DNA of 64,000 nt from Lingula anatina. Lineage: Eukaryota; Animalia; Brachiopoda. This document shows, one piece after another, positions 24,683 to 38,900 of the stretch. Numbering within the stretch: the first letter of the stretch is position 1; each line of letters opens with the position of its first letter. The notes under the pieces were generated by a model. The model worked only from the letters and a program-made list of their open reading frames with translations, was not told the origin of the DNA and did not search any database. The stretch is from assembly GCA_051362555.1 (NCBI GenBank), contig CM120646.1, forward strand, positions 22,444,001-22,508,000. Reading direction: 5' to 3'. The translations under genes were made by a program, and so were the position numbers.

Positions 24683-27600
24683 AAGGCTGATGGTTAAGTA
24701 ACTAAATTGTGATGTTATGAGTGTGACAATAAAAATAAAGTACGAGTAAATGGTAAGAAATACCGAGTTCTTGTAATAAGAAACCGTCAATTCAGTAGTC
24801 AGCATATGAATTGACGGTGAAATTTTCGTATCACTGGCAACAAACTATCAGTTCAGATATTTTACACCAGTATAAACTTGCTGTTGAAGACGGGTTTCAC
24901 CTTCTTCCCAAAATGCCAGTTAAAACCTAAGTCGAGATGAATGTTCACTATGCCCGTGTAATCATTATAAAAAGGACAGGGGATTCTCTATATCCGGTAT
25001 TGTGGACCTTTTCACAGCAAAATCTACGTGTGCTCGTAAAATATACATTAAATGTTGATTGAAAGCAGAAGTTTTCCCATTCGAAAAAGAGGGAAAACAG
25101 TGTTTCTTTAGACCCCCACCCCCCTCCTTCTTTTTATTAGACGCCTGATCGCTACGTATTACCACTGGTGTGCTTTTTTTCCCCATCAAATCACTCAGCG
25201 TTACAAATCAAGTTACCTCACAAGTATACTTTTATTAGGTAATATCAATGTAATCCATCAGACTGCACAAAATGATGTGGGATCAAGGATATCCCGCTTG
25301 TTATGTCATTAAGCTCATTGTTACACGTAATCTCGACCTCAGCGTCTGTCGCAAATCTGAATGATTCGATTAAAATGGCGTAAAGTGCGTTAATGGACCC
25401 CGATTTTATTAAATTTACTCCATCGTTACTCTGCTGCGCGTGTGTTGGAATCTGGTTAATTATATAAGCGGCCGCGTAGATCGGTATAGCGCTTAATTCA
25501 GTTCGTTCTGACGCCCCGCAGAGGCGCTCACTCTCGGGCAGTTATAAGCATTGGCAGTGTTCGCCTTGATGTTTTCTTTGTGTGAAAGGTTATGCTGGGC
25601 AGGTAACTCACATGTGACATGAATCAGACACTAATTTAATTACAAACGACGTGCGTTTGGCATGGTTAGAAGAGTTGATTCGTCTTTTTCCTGGTTCATT
25701 GTTTTGGAAGAGCGCCTCGTCATTACCAACACCACACTTGAAACCTTTCCCCATCCACTGGTATTTATAACATGCATTATTTTATGGACAAGTTTATATA
25801 ATGAATACAATAATTTCAAATATATCATCTAATTACTATAGATTATTAAAAGGTACGTGGTATTTCCATTCCAAAGGGGCGTCGTGATACAGAAAGCACA
25901 AAAAAACGGATGAGGATCGCCATGCAGAGGCATTGTCATGTCTGAAAAAGATGAGTGTTGACAATTGATGCTGCACAGTTTTTAGCAACGACAAAATGAG
26001 TTGTTTTGAGAGTAACCGCGTGTCTTTCTACACAAAAGTAAAAAACAATCGAGCCGCTTTGCTGTTTCACATCCGCAGCGCCCCTAGCGGTGATTTCCAC
26101 TCCAGTGACTCACTGACAGGTGTCGCTTCTGACAGGCAATCGTGTTCACAACCGGTGAAAGGGAAGCGTTGATCAGGCAAATTGCAATAAAAACATACAT
26201 TTTTCCCGTTCAACTTTAAATACCTAGCGTGATGGCACACAATGCTCGTTAGACCTTTGTATTCCTGGACATAGTGATTTTTCTTTATCGCCAAGCCATG
26301 TTCTTTTCAAAACCGTTTAGAAAAATGTGATCTGTATAGCGATTTGGAGCTATAACCTTTATATCCCCTTCGTTTCTAGTAACATCCACAAGTCTCTATT
26401 TACAGCACGAATGTGGTTCAACAAGTAGAAACGTGAAAGTCGAAAACCATTATGTTTTCTTGGATGTATTTTTTATGTTTGGGTGTGAAAGCGTCTTTGG
26501 ATATGATATATTTTGGCAATTAAAGTATATGCAGAAATTGACAGGGAAAATAATAACGAAATTAAGATTGTAAAGTCTATTGAAGAAGCTAATAAAGTTT
26601 CGAAATGGTAGCTTACTCAGAAATATCTGAGGCTGTTCTTTCAAAATGTTTGCATAAAGAAAAAGAAAAACCAGGAGTGGACCCATGCTTAATTTAATTT
26701 TGATGAAGAAATACCCTTTACCTTGGGCGGTGGGGTGCGGGGGGGGGGGTAATTTTGTTTCATGGATACACTCTTTTACAGTTCTTCTTGTACAGAATCA
26801 GCTTTGTCATTCCGTAACTACATGCCTCCACATCTTAACCAGAGAATACATAACATAGGGGAAACCAACATTATGGCTATAGATAGCACAACACACACAT
26901 GTACAAACGTCAGTGTACCTTTACAAGTCAAATCAATGGTATAAACTACCACTTACGCAAAAACATACCCCATTGACTAATTGAATTCCAGATCCGGTCG
27001 TCCTCCGAGGATCGTTATGCAATGCTCAAATCGCTCAAGCTTCCTGATGGTACTATGACAGGTCAACAGCCGAAGCGTTCCTTCTTCCTTAAATCCCGTC
27101 ACGAAAACATCGGTTTTAAAGCTTTCTTCGGTAACGATTCGAGACGTTGAATGTCACCGGATTTACATAGCGCACTGTCTAAATCGAGGATCTTAAGTAA
27201 CAATGCCAATACTTCCTTATGACGGTGGAAATTGAATATTCATTGTAACATGTCCGATACCGTTTCCGTTCATCCGAGAGTTAGGTTAATTTTGATTAGG
27301 TCGCTTACGTCGTTAATTGATCCCTTGGGGTGGTATTTGTATGTACTAAACACGCGTACCAGTCTTATCATTGCGCACGAGGTAAATGATATCTGAAATC
27401 AACCTCAGTTCCAAAGGTTTTAATTTTCCTTTTATTTTAATTAGCGTATATTTTTGCTGTCCGCAGACTGATGAAATCTTATATTTTTCCGACAGAAGCC
27501 CCGTCTGTTCTCTCAAGAAAACCTACTTGTATCTCACAGTCATCCACAAATGAATATGAATTCGAAGTCCAAATTATTAAAATATCGAAGAATTCCATTC

Positions 27601-28156
27601 TCTAAAAAAAGTAGTTATCCTTCAATAAGAGCGACAGCGTCTTAGCCTTCTATTATGGGTAGTCTATACAGCCACTTCATAAACGCTTTTATTCTTTAAA
27701 GACAGACTTAAGAAGAGAAAGATGCATTGAGAAATGACCTGAAAGTGTCACACAAGCAACAAGGACAAGATGTTCGCTTGCTTTGTTCTCCCTTGGAAAG
27801 AAGAGGCAAATATCTAGAATGACTTAAACCTAATACTCTCGCCCAGTTAAACAAACTTCACTATGGCAACTGTCAGGTTTCGCATACAAAAACACGACAG
27901 TTTGGAATGAAAAAAAACGCGAGCTTAGCTCCAGTGGTGTCGAGAATTAATCTAATATCCGGAGAATGCGTTTAAATATAGAAAATACATGACGAATAAA
28001 GTATTTGAAACTTGAGTCCTTGTACTTGTAAATGTATGTGTATATGTATTCTTTCGGTGCTTGTGCATGTGCGTGGGTTTGCGTGTACATGTATGTTAAT
28101 ATATGTACTCGTGCGAATACGTGAGTGCGCCTAAAGGTGTACATTTGTGTCAGCAC

Positions 28157-28228
<72 letters not shown>

Positions 28229-28299
28229 AGTGAGAGAGAAAAAAGTGTGTGTGTGTGTGTGTGTGTGTTTGTGTGTGTGTGTGATTGAGAGAGAAGAGA

Positions 28300-28335
<36 letters not shown>

Positions 28336-28351
28336 AAGAGAGAGAGTGAGA
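28157..28351. repeat. Compound (GT)n/(GA)n microsatellite with repeated GT-GA-AAAA modules
   Basis: Direct reading; accounts for ORFs 28125-28401. Confidence 0.97.
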
Positions 28352-28975
28352 AAAAAGTGTGACGCAGGGTTAATTATTTTCTTATCTAACAGTGTTGTCA
28401 ATCAAAAAAGTGCACAACACCATTTTCGGGCATAGAAAGTCTCATATCAAAATGGCACTGGAAATATAAACAGTTCAAATGTTATGTTATCTTTATATTA
28501 ATCAAACCAATATCACAATATAAACAGCACACAACTCACAGTGGCGAGGTGCAATGACAGGTCAACTATATTCAACGCAACAATCACAGACTTTTTTCTC
28601 TACAGGTAAACGCTCAATATTATAGCTATTATCATGCTATTGATCACTGACGTTATACAAACAAGGACAAATCGAGAAGTCCCCTGTACGTTACTGTGAA
28701 CATTATCAATGTTACCTGCTGTTCGATTATGGAATGTTATAGCAATAAAGGAACCCTGAATGCGTGTACGCTCAGGCAATTTGTCGGTATAACTTCCGAG
28801 TAATATTGAGCGAAAAAACGACTTTGCAACGATATGATTCATTTGTGTGTAACTATTTGACTTGATATTCTCAAACGGTGAGATTGATATACGGCTTATA
28901 TAACTGCAGTGCTTATTTCACATAGGTTGTAGATTATATCTTTATGTAGATCTGAGTAGATAACGACGCATTTAA

Positions 28976-28978
<3 letters not shown>

Positions 28979-29015
<37 letters not shown>
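28979..29015. repeat. (TC)n microsatellite
   Basis: Direct reading. Confidence 0.95.
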
Positions 29016-29017
<2 letters not shown>

Positions 29018-32000
29018 GAAAAAATAATTTTCGGGGAATCTTCAGTTTTCGTCATTTAGAACGTTTATGTTCTAAAAATTATTCAGACATGCCAATCCAC
29101 AGTAAGTAATCAACTGAAACAACAGTATCTTCATTAACACAGAACACATGACCGCAATCGTTTGCCACCGGTCAAGGTTCACAGACGTTTAAATATATCC
29201 AAGATCAACAACATATGACATGATACATGTCGTGCAAAGTACAAGTTATAAACCTATTCTTGTCTGTGAGCAACATTCAATAAACTGATCGTGAGACTGG
29301 AGAGTATTAGATATTCGAATAGGCTCCATAAACCGCACCTCCAACAGCGCTCTTTCCGTAAATAAAAGTCTGTATCCAATTGTTTATCAATTCGCTGCAC
29401 GAGATTGAATTTAAACGCCGAATGACTCGGTCTACTAAAGGTTATTACGTATATCAATAGAACTCTTTTGGGTTTTTCATTTGCTTTGAAACACGAGGTT
29501 TTTGTAAGCACATTCATAAACTGGGTATTCATTTTTATCGACATCTCTACCCCAAGGCATCCTTATCTTTGTATCTTTTTCTCCTTATCCTGATTGTAAT
29601 CACCCATTGCTATCGTTCTGGTAATCGCCTTTCTATTCCCGTCTGGTATTTTCTTCTTTAGAGCCCTGACCTTCACGCTTTGACGGGCACGGAAATACCT
29701 CTTTTTGCCCACCCCTCCCCACTCTAACTCCACCCTAACCCCGCCCCCGTTATTCAGTCCACAATCAGTATCAACATTGCGGTTTTCTTCTCTCTCTCTC
29801 TTTCTCTTTCTCTCTCTCAAGCAATATCTAAAAATTACCTTGCTAAAATCCACATTTCTTGAAGCAACCGGAATGTCGGTCGCTAATGCCTCCGCCTTTC
29901 TACCTCGGAGACAACGCACAGACAGATAATGACCATGATGATGCCACCTGCTTTATCTGTGCAGGTGGATTAAAGCTTTGTGAACAGAGATACACGTCGA
30001 TAATTGTTATAAACGGGTCCCTCTGTCCCGCGTTGATGGCTGCATATCGACCCGATAGGTGCGATTTACGTCTAATTCACTATGTGCGGGAGAAAGAAGC
30101 AAAAAAGCTAACTGATTCCAATTAAGGTTTCAGCGACATTAGAGGCTATCTACACACGTACGTGCTGCACTTCGCAAAGTCGAATTGAAAAAGCATCATT
30201 GATCAAAAAATTGTTTTTTATCTACGTGAGTTGCGACTCCAACGCCGCACAAAAAGCAGTGGTATTTACAGATACTTACAGTTGTCGTTTGTATCAAGCA
30301 AATTCTGAATGTAATTGCTTACATTTCTATCTACCTGCACTAGGTAGCACGTTACTTATTTCCTGATGGTGAGGTTAATTCAACAATTTGCCCGACCATG
30401 CGTTTATAGATTTTCGGTTATTTGAACATATTTGAAAGAAAACAGAAATGGTTTGTCGAGCTTGAAGTGCATTTCATAATAAAGGGTTGGAGACAACAGC
30501 CGAAGATCTTTAAAACGAAGATTTTGATCTTTCTTACGCATGAAATGTTTAAAGACCTTTTACCTTTTCATTTTCAGTCACGTTAGATAATAAACGACTT
30601 CCACCAAGCGTATGTCAAAGTCTTTGTGTTTTCCTACTAAAAATATATGATCAAAATGTGAAAATATTCGCAAAAAATACGTTTTCCAGGTCACTGCTAA
30701 GACATTTCAGACTTTCGCCATCAAAGATATGTGTTCGAGCAAGTTTTCTACACTTCGCAAACCGTGATATATTATTGTAGTCTAATTTGGACATTAAGTA
30801 ACCAGCCAATCCTATAGGGGAAATTTACATAAATTCAAAGAAGATTTATTTTAGATAATGAAAAATACCATAAAATGAAAGGAAAAATAGCCGTATTTGA
30901 CGACACATAACAGATAAATGGAATTGTTTTGTCCGTGGTCACAAAACAGAGCAAACTAATAAAAGAAATGAATGCTGCCGTAAGAAGTACAAGAGAAAGA
31001 TTTCCAATTAATGATGAAATAAGAGCATTCCATTTTGCAGAGGCCCATGGGTGAACAATAGAATGACGTTCGAAGTCAGGCACGAAATGAAGCGACTGCT
31101 CACAAAAAAAGGAAACAAATAAAAAGAGGTTTGTTTTGATAATGTATTATCAAAGAGTGATGAATAAACCAGATGTGACCTTTGCCCTTTCCTAACCGTT
31201 CATTTCCTTCTTTGTCTGCGGATGATTTTAAACTTTCGTGACAGAGGTTTTCGCGGACAATGTCTTTTCACCGCGGCAATGCAAAAAGAAATTGTCATTT
31301 AGGCCAAACAGTCAATATACCTGTAGGACTGCTTTTACCAAAGTATTATGTGCCATAAAAAAACGATCACGCATCCATTTGGCACCGAGTACTAGTAAAC
31401 AAGTCAAAACACTCCGCCGTTATCTGTTACCTTACACCAAAGCCAAGTTTAAATTGCTTCCGAAATCAAAACGCTCCCAAAATAACAAAACAAACAGCGA
31501 TGTTCCCTTGGGGAATACCCATTTGGCAATCATACTCAGAGACAATTGAGTGGTTTTTCGATTGCCTTTTGGTTTCTAATACAATTACGCTTCAAGAGGT
31601 CATTGGAGTTGAATATCAACGGCTAAGTAGTCCACAAACAGAGACATTTGATTGCTTAAGTGTTGATCCCTTGCCATTTGAAGCTGTGCGTCGAGGACAG
31701 TGGAAAGCGGGTGCCAATCCGTTCATTACGATGAAAGGGCGTGGGCCATGACATTGTTTGCAAGTTAGTAATGTAGGCCTGCCATCTGACTTTGTACTCT
31801 GTAGACACCTTGAACAATAAGGCACGTAACGACACACACGCAAACGCGCGCGCGCGCAAAAATGCACGCACCTGATTTGACGTTAACATTAAAATCGATT
31901 CTTGCAACAAAAAAAAAACAGATCACAAAAAATCATCACCACACGCTTGACCCCAGCATAATTGTCACTACAAAGTGAACATTGAACCTGGGCAAGCCTA

Positions 32001-34937
32001 ATAGACAAATAAATATATCGAACACCATAAACCGGATTACGCTACCATTAAACGTCGTCCAGTATTTATAAGGAAATTTGTCATTTTTTCACATTTTGGC
32101 TTTATCTTCAGCCGTTCATATCGATCGCATTTTACTGAAATGGTAATCACACGTAAATATCCCTATTTTGTCAGTTTACAAGACTTCAATACAGATCTAG
32201 GCCTGCAATTACTCACCTCGCTTCACAAACAACAGAGATTATTTCAGTCTCATGTTGAGATGCTCTCGAACGCAGAGGGATTCCTTCCAAAGAAGCACTT
32301 TCTACTAATGCACTTGTTATTTGCATGCTCAACGCGACAGCGAACCAGGGGGTTAATCTCCTTTTGTGAAGGACACCATGTTTTTATGACTAATTCCAAA
32401 CGAATTTAGCTGCTTTTGAGACGGAATCCGATTCATAGGTACACAGCGCGTTTGAATTGTCATCGTTTTTGAAAACGCATTTACGTGCTTCTCAAACATA
32501 ATCCAATTCTCCGAAAAAAGGGAAATATCGGATTGGCTGTAGACAACTACTCTGAACCGCTCGATAGACAAGAAAAGGCTATTCAGTGTGCTTTAAATTT
32601 CATTATAAAGTAGTCTTATTGGCTGTGAATGTGACAACTGTGTGTACACCTATCGTACACTTTACACGGGAAAAAATCAATCTCCTCTTTACTTTCTGCG
32701 TGCAAAGTAAATACGAATCACCTCTACCTAGGTTGTTGAATAAGAATAACGAACATGCAACTATTGTAATGTATAGAATGATGTTTTTTGTATATTTCAT
32801 TGCTGTGGCTGAGCCGGCTGCAGTTCTTCCGCTGCAAGTGGATATATTGTCATATCAGTGGCAATACGAAAGATCAGGTGCGTTGCGGTCTGCAGCATCG
32901 ACATAGTGTGTAGCACTTTTATAGAAGTATCAATACTGTAATCATATTTCTAGATACAAATCTACTTCTCGTAATAGATCGATGACAACAGTTTACCAGA
33001 ATGTTCACTGACGCACATTACTGAGTCACTACGATGCTGGAATTCCCAGCATGGGTCCAGGGTTTGTCTTAATTACAATATTTTTGTAAAGAGTAGACCT
33101 AGAAGTTTAAAAATGTTGGTATCCCAACACCTGTACCTCAAGTTGGTAGCGTGTATAGTGTTTGAACAATACATAAAACCATGTGTGTCGATACCACGAC
33201 CCGTTATAAGAGAAGCGCTTAAAACTTTAAATACCATAGAAGACGAGCGTGTTTCCAAGGCAAGTCAAACAAAAAGAACGGTACAGTTTACTATAAGGGC
33301 GTGGGAGACGGTACACGTGCGCTGGAGGCTCAAGTAACGGCGAGGTGACATTCGCATTGAGGCGGGAAAGTTCCATTTACAGATTATCCTTAAATTAATC
33401 TCTGTGATACTTTCCGACCCAGGGGTGTCTCTCAGGGATGATACGTCCTGACCCAGGGGTGTCATTCAGGCATGAGAGGGGTGCTTGTCACCTTTCGACT
33501 CTAGCTATGGACAATCTATGATAAAGGTAAATCACAATGCATTTATACGTTCTATCAAAGGGTGGTGGCGATTGGCTAACGAAGGCAAGAGAAACAATTA
33601 TATGTACCCGTTTTCGAAAACAACGTCACCCCGTGTGTTAAGCAAAAGTGAAAAAGACATATTTTATCTTTAGTTCAATAAGTCCAACCACGGTTCAAAA
33701 TATTCTCAAAAAATCTTTGCCAGTCTTCTATGTGTCAGCTATGGAATATTTTCAATATTTTCATTGCCTTGCATACAGTGTGTACGCCATCACTACCAAT
33801 ACCGACCTCAAGGCAGAAATTCCGACCCGCATGGCTTTGAGCCCCTAATTTGCTAATCAATAACTATAAAGATTATGGTGTTATTATCCTAACAGGTCGG
33901 CTTCGTAGCCTAATGAAAAACTCATAATTCAAAATGAATGACACATCAAAATAAAAGAGAAAAATTGGACACGGAACAAAAGAACGCATCCTCATCATCA
34001 ATTTCTATATTTACATGTCTCTAAATGAAAACCATGCCCAGCTAAAAAATGAATGATTGGACGCGAAGTTAACCTCTATTCCCGACGCAGTGTCTCTTGG
34101 AAAACGGGAAAAAGCTATAAATCTTGGTGTTCTAAATTTCGTGGAAATATACATGTATTCCTTTTGCATATCCGTCATTCCAAAGCACCTGCTGCTTCGT
34201 TTACGTTATAACTTATATCCGAAAATAATGACCCATCATCTTCACTGACAACCATGACGAAACGTGTCTACAAGAAATAAACCTCCGTAAACCACCAAAT
34301 CCAAACATTGCCCTCCTTTTGACCTTATATCGGGTTTATATCCATCCCTCGGGTAATGTTTAACGATCTCATGATATAAGCTAACATGTACAGTGTGAGC
34401 TATAACCGAAGTAAAGCAGCCTCGTGAAGGGGCAGCAAAAAAGGCGTTTCCTGGAGAGATTTAAAAATTGAAATATCGAAACAATCGAAAGCCCTATTGG
34501 CAATACGCAGCTATCAGATGCAAGTGCAAATAAACCTTAGAAGTCTTTCAACAAAAGCCTTTATATAATTATTAGCCCTTATTTGCCCTATTAATTTCAA
34601 CTGTAACAGATATGTTAAGATTCAGTGAAATAGGGACTAGCGTAATTGTTTATTTGTCATAAAACATTTTCTCGTTGCATATTATTCCACTGTAAATTTA
34701 ACTTATAAATCATGCCCTCTAGAACTAAGTTCGATGTGATTTTTTAAAATTTTAATGATGTTTGGCAATTTTGACATTATATTGTTGACAGCTTAATTTA
34801 CTGATATGCTGCCAAGGTACATCATGCAAAACCAAAATGCTATAAAATGACATACACATATCCTGAAATACATGGACAAACAAAGTGCAAGATAGCATAC
34901 ACTTAACAGTACACATGACTACAAAAAACATATTGTC

Positions 34938-34939
<2 letters not shown>

Positions 34940-34985
<46 letters not shown>
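34940..34985. repeat. (TA)n microsatellite
   Basis: Direct reading. Confidence 0.97.
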
Positions 34986-34988
<3 letters not shown>

Positions 34989-35249
34989 TGCTTTGTCTCT
35001 AAGACAGGTAATCCCCCATGTAAATGAATATGTTAGAGAGAAAGACGCACTTACTTTATCACCGATGCCTCATCTAGGTGTCATAGGAAAAAATACTTGT
35101 CAAAATATCTTCTTATTCCTGACGACTTCCTTTGGCTACGAGGATTCAGTGTGATGTGAGCATTTGGCTCTTCTCAGGGGATATATACACATACACAGCG
35201 CTTCGCGGTAAAGATTCCGTATTCTTACAGGAATCCGGAGTCAATCAGT

Positions 35250-35940
35250 GAATTGTTTCTGATGCTTTCCATAAAATCTCTCCCTCGAGTCCAGGCGTCC
35301 GTGTCCCAGTGGCGTGCCGCTTCTGTTAAGATAGCAGCTTCCTGGAAGCATGCCTGTTTTTAGACTCGAGGGGGACGTTTATGATACCCGGAAAGGACCT
35401 CGAGCTTCTTGGAATATCTCAGATCATTAGCCGTTTAGTTGGATTCCAAAACTGAATGGGTTTCAATCACTGCGATCATCGAGCTTGCCCCCAACGACTT
35501 TTTATATATCTTTTGCCATACGCTTTGGTTGCCGTACTGTCGTGTGACATGCCATTGGATACATGCCCAGGTTGGTCTGCCTATGCAGGTGGACAGCGTT
35601 CAAAGAAGGCATCCGCGCTTGAAACCGGAACAATCAAACATCTGGATACGTCTCACGAGATGGTTTGAACGCCTCAACCCAGTGAGTATCTACAGAACCG
35701 TTACACCATCAGCAGGTGCTTCCAGACCTTAATTTGCCCCTCATACACTTTGTCCTTCAATGGCTTCGAAATGTTCGTCACCTGTTTCCAATGCCATTGG
35801 CCTACAATCTCCGTTTGGTCTCATTTGTCGGTCGAAATGGAAAAACGCCGTGCTGCAGTCGTGCTCAGCATGGCATAAAGCGCAGGAATCGCTCTCCTCA
35901 AAACCAGTTTACTTCCTCGTTAGTAAAAGCATGATGAGTT
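35250..35940 (+). mobile_element. Decayed 5'-truncated non-LTR retrotransposon (CR1/L2/Jockey-group LINE ORF2 C-terminal remnant)
   Basis: GC-richer island with broken frames containing KDLELLGIS, YIFCHTLWLPYC..CHW..A and VDSVQRR..RL. These resemble the post-RT LINE motifs 'LGV..D', 'LY...V.P.MEY.S.VW' and 'LDRVQRRA.R'. Boundaries are approximate. Confidence 0.5.
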
Positions 35941-38900
35941 ACTTTTCATTAACCTTTTCCTTGATGCTTGATTACTGCTCTTTGTTCTCAGCCATAAGTG
36001 TAGATCATTTACAGCGGGGTGATCCCCCTGGGTGAGCACGAGCTAATCACGGGGGCGAGGGGACGAGCGGGCGAAAGCACATCAATAACAGAAACCAATT
36101 ACAATTGATGACTGCCCCAGTACCCCTGAATGCCGATAGTTCCGTCGCTCCACTGTGCCCAAGATGCACAAATCACTCCAAGCAGGTGTCCACTAATTTG
36201 TTTTTAATTGCAGGATGTTCCAAGTCCGTTCTGATGACGTTTTGGCCCAGGAAAACTATTATTTCATCTCCAGGGATTTGCATATTCCATTTATATATAT
36301 ATATATATATTTGCATATTCCATTTAAATATATATTATATATATTGAATTAAATGTTAAGAAACCCATTGGTACATATGCAGCTACATATACTTTAGACA
36401 TTTTGTATAAATATTGTAATCGTTTAAAAATAGAAATAATCCAAATAACATTCAATAATCACGCCTCATTAGAGAGAAGCTGCCTGTCTTACATCCTGTC
36501 TGATGTTAAGTAGGATAATTCTAGACAGCAAGTTGATCCATAAATAACTAGCCATTTCTAATGATTTCACTAAGCCAAGTGTAATGAAGAGTTGACTTAT
36601 TTTTTCTTAAGTATTCTTGGTCAAGTCTTAAAATGCCAACAAAACATAATCGTGCAAGAACCGGAGTTATAATTATGGACTAATCACCGACACGATATAG
36701 CGAAAACCTTTACCAAAATATAAAAACTGGTCGATGTGTTCTGACGGAAAGCTAACAAAAACGGATATCCCATTGACCGCTCCGTTGCATTAACTAAGCT
36801 TAATGGTTGTAACTTTTTAAGCTTTCTTTTTAAAAAAGAAACTCACTGACACCAAGTTTGGCATGGTGAAGGTGTGTGGCACACGTGCCTCACATTGATA
36901 TTCATAAGTAGTAATTGTACTCTTTGATAGCAATATCTGAAAACGAATGACTGGGTGTTTTAGTCGTTCAATAGAATATAAATGAGAAGTATGTATCAAT
37001 CTGACAATAGTGATGTCAACAAATCAGGCAACCAGTCCATCCATGTCATTACCTAGTGAAAGTCTCGGGTTGAGACTGCAGCGTCAATCTGTTGTTAAAT
37101 ATAAGTTCCAGCATCACATTTATACGTATTTCTCAAAATCTAAAAACCTTCCGTAATCTTAGAATACATACAACCTGTACGACTGTATAGTAAAGAAATA
37201 ATGTTATAAACATGGTCACTCCTGCAACGTTAACACACCCTTCTGTCATTTTGAGTGCGAGTAGAGCTCAAAGATGAGAAGAAGAGAAATCCATTTCTGC
37301 CGCTGGTTGTCAAAAGTCCTACATTGTAAAGTGGCAATTTCTAAAAAAAAACATATCCTAGCAAAATAAAAATATGCAGCAAAGTAGATATGTGGTTTGC
37401 TTCAGTTATATTTACTCACCTTCACGTCACTGTGACTGGTGTTATGTACAAAGATCAGTCGTACATGCAGCAAAACCGTATAGTGCGGGTGCTGAGAATA
37501 CTTTAATAGGCCCCGATTAACGCGTTCATAATGCCTGCTTTTTAGTTTAAAAATGGAACTTGAGATATTACCTGCTTATGAATGCAGCTTTATCTAAAGA
37601 TGTGAAGTGATTTTTTTTCTTGAGAAAGTGCCTTTATGTGACTGGTTAAGCCTTTGTTTATCTTTGTTGTTCAAACCATAACAAATTAAAAACAAACGCA
37701 CCCAGGGGCAACAAAATCACGCGTGGAGGTGTAAATATTTAGAAACATATCACCAATTTAAAAGGTGAGTTTTTCCGTGATGTGTTTTAGCGGTTATTGC
37801 CGCTTGCAAAACTCACCTCCTAGTTGTGAATATTTCACTTCTTAATAGTACACGCGCTTTTTAACAACTTCAGAGTGTGAGAAGTCAACCAACCTTAAGT
37901 TCCTTCAAAATAGAGACTCATTATACTGGTAAATTTTAACTGACCTTTTCTAATGCAATCATGTTGATATTTGATGAAAGTTTAATGTAAATTCAGTGTT
38001 TACCATATTCATGTATAATACTAAAACTCGGAATTTCCTATATCACCTTTATTTATCTATTCATATTGTGTAAGATTCGCAGAGGCGCACGCATCTAAAC
38101 ATGATACGCAAAGGACATTAACATCATAGATATTACCTCTTCGTAGGGTCCAAAATGTTTAAAATTTTGGTCCCTTTAGTAAAAAATTAAAATGCCCGTA
38201 GTTTACATTCTAAACTTTGAATTCATTTGGGGTACATGTGTGTGTCAAGGAAAAAAAAAGCTAGATACTTTGTTGTGTATGTAAATAGTGTGTCGTCCAT
38301 AACAACTTCATTTCGCAAACATATTTCAAAAACAATACTTTGAAAAACGTCTCTTTCCCGGAAGAATTATCATCACAGTTTCATCAGAACGCCACAATGT
38401 TGTACCACCATGCATGGTGTGAAGACCCCTTCATCACCTTAATGTGATGTAGATTTCACGGCGAACACCTACAGATTGTTACAAACACTTGCATCGACTA
38501 AGTCTCAGTAGTCGAGAGTCATGTCGAGATTCTCTCCTCAATTTCACCAGAAAGTATTTATGTGTAACATCCTTCCCGTGGAGATGTAGACTACTTCCAG
38601 AAATGTGCAGTGAACCTGCTAGATTGAAAGCATGGCTTGGAAGATTTTAGCGTCCGCGAATGACTTTTTTTTTTTTTTTTTTTTTGAAAAAAGGATTTGC
38701 ACTTAAGATTAATCGGTGGTATAAAAAGTATGCCACGCTTTGACTGTGAGACAAAATGGAAATTCAAATCCAACAAAATCGTGTTTTAGTTCGTCCACAT
38801 ACTTCTTTTATTGTACAGCTTCCTCTGTCCCGTTTTAAGTAAGCGAGCACGGTTTACAATTTATGTAGTAAAATGTCACCTGAGCAATTAGCCTAGTGCA

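Noticed and set aside
28125-28401. HT/CV/RE-repeat ORFs (also 43547-43850 and 61477-61755)
   Set aside because: Microsatellite translations.
28451-28463. AATGGCACTGGAA resembling miR-183/263
   Set aside because: The 3' half diverges and there is no complementary star arm.
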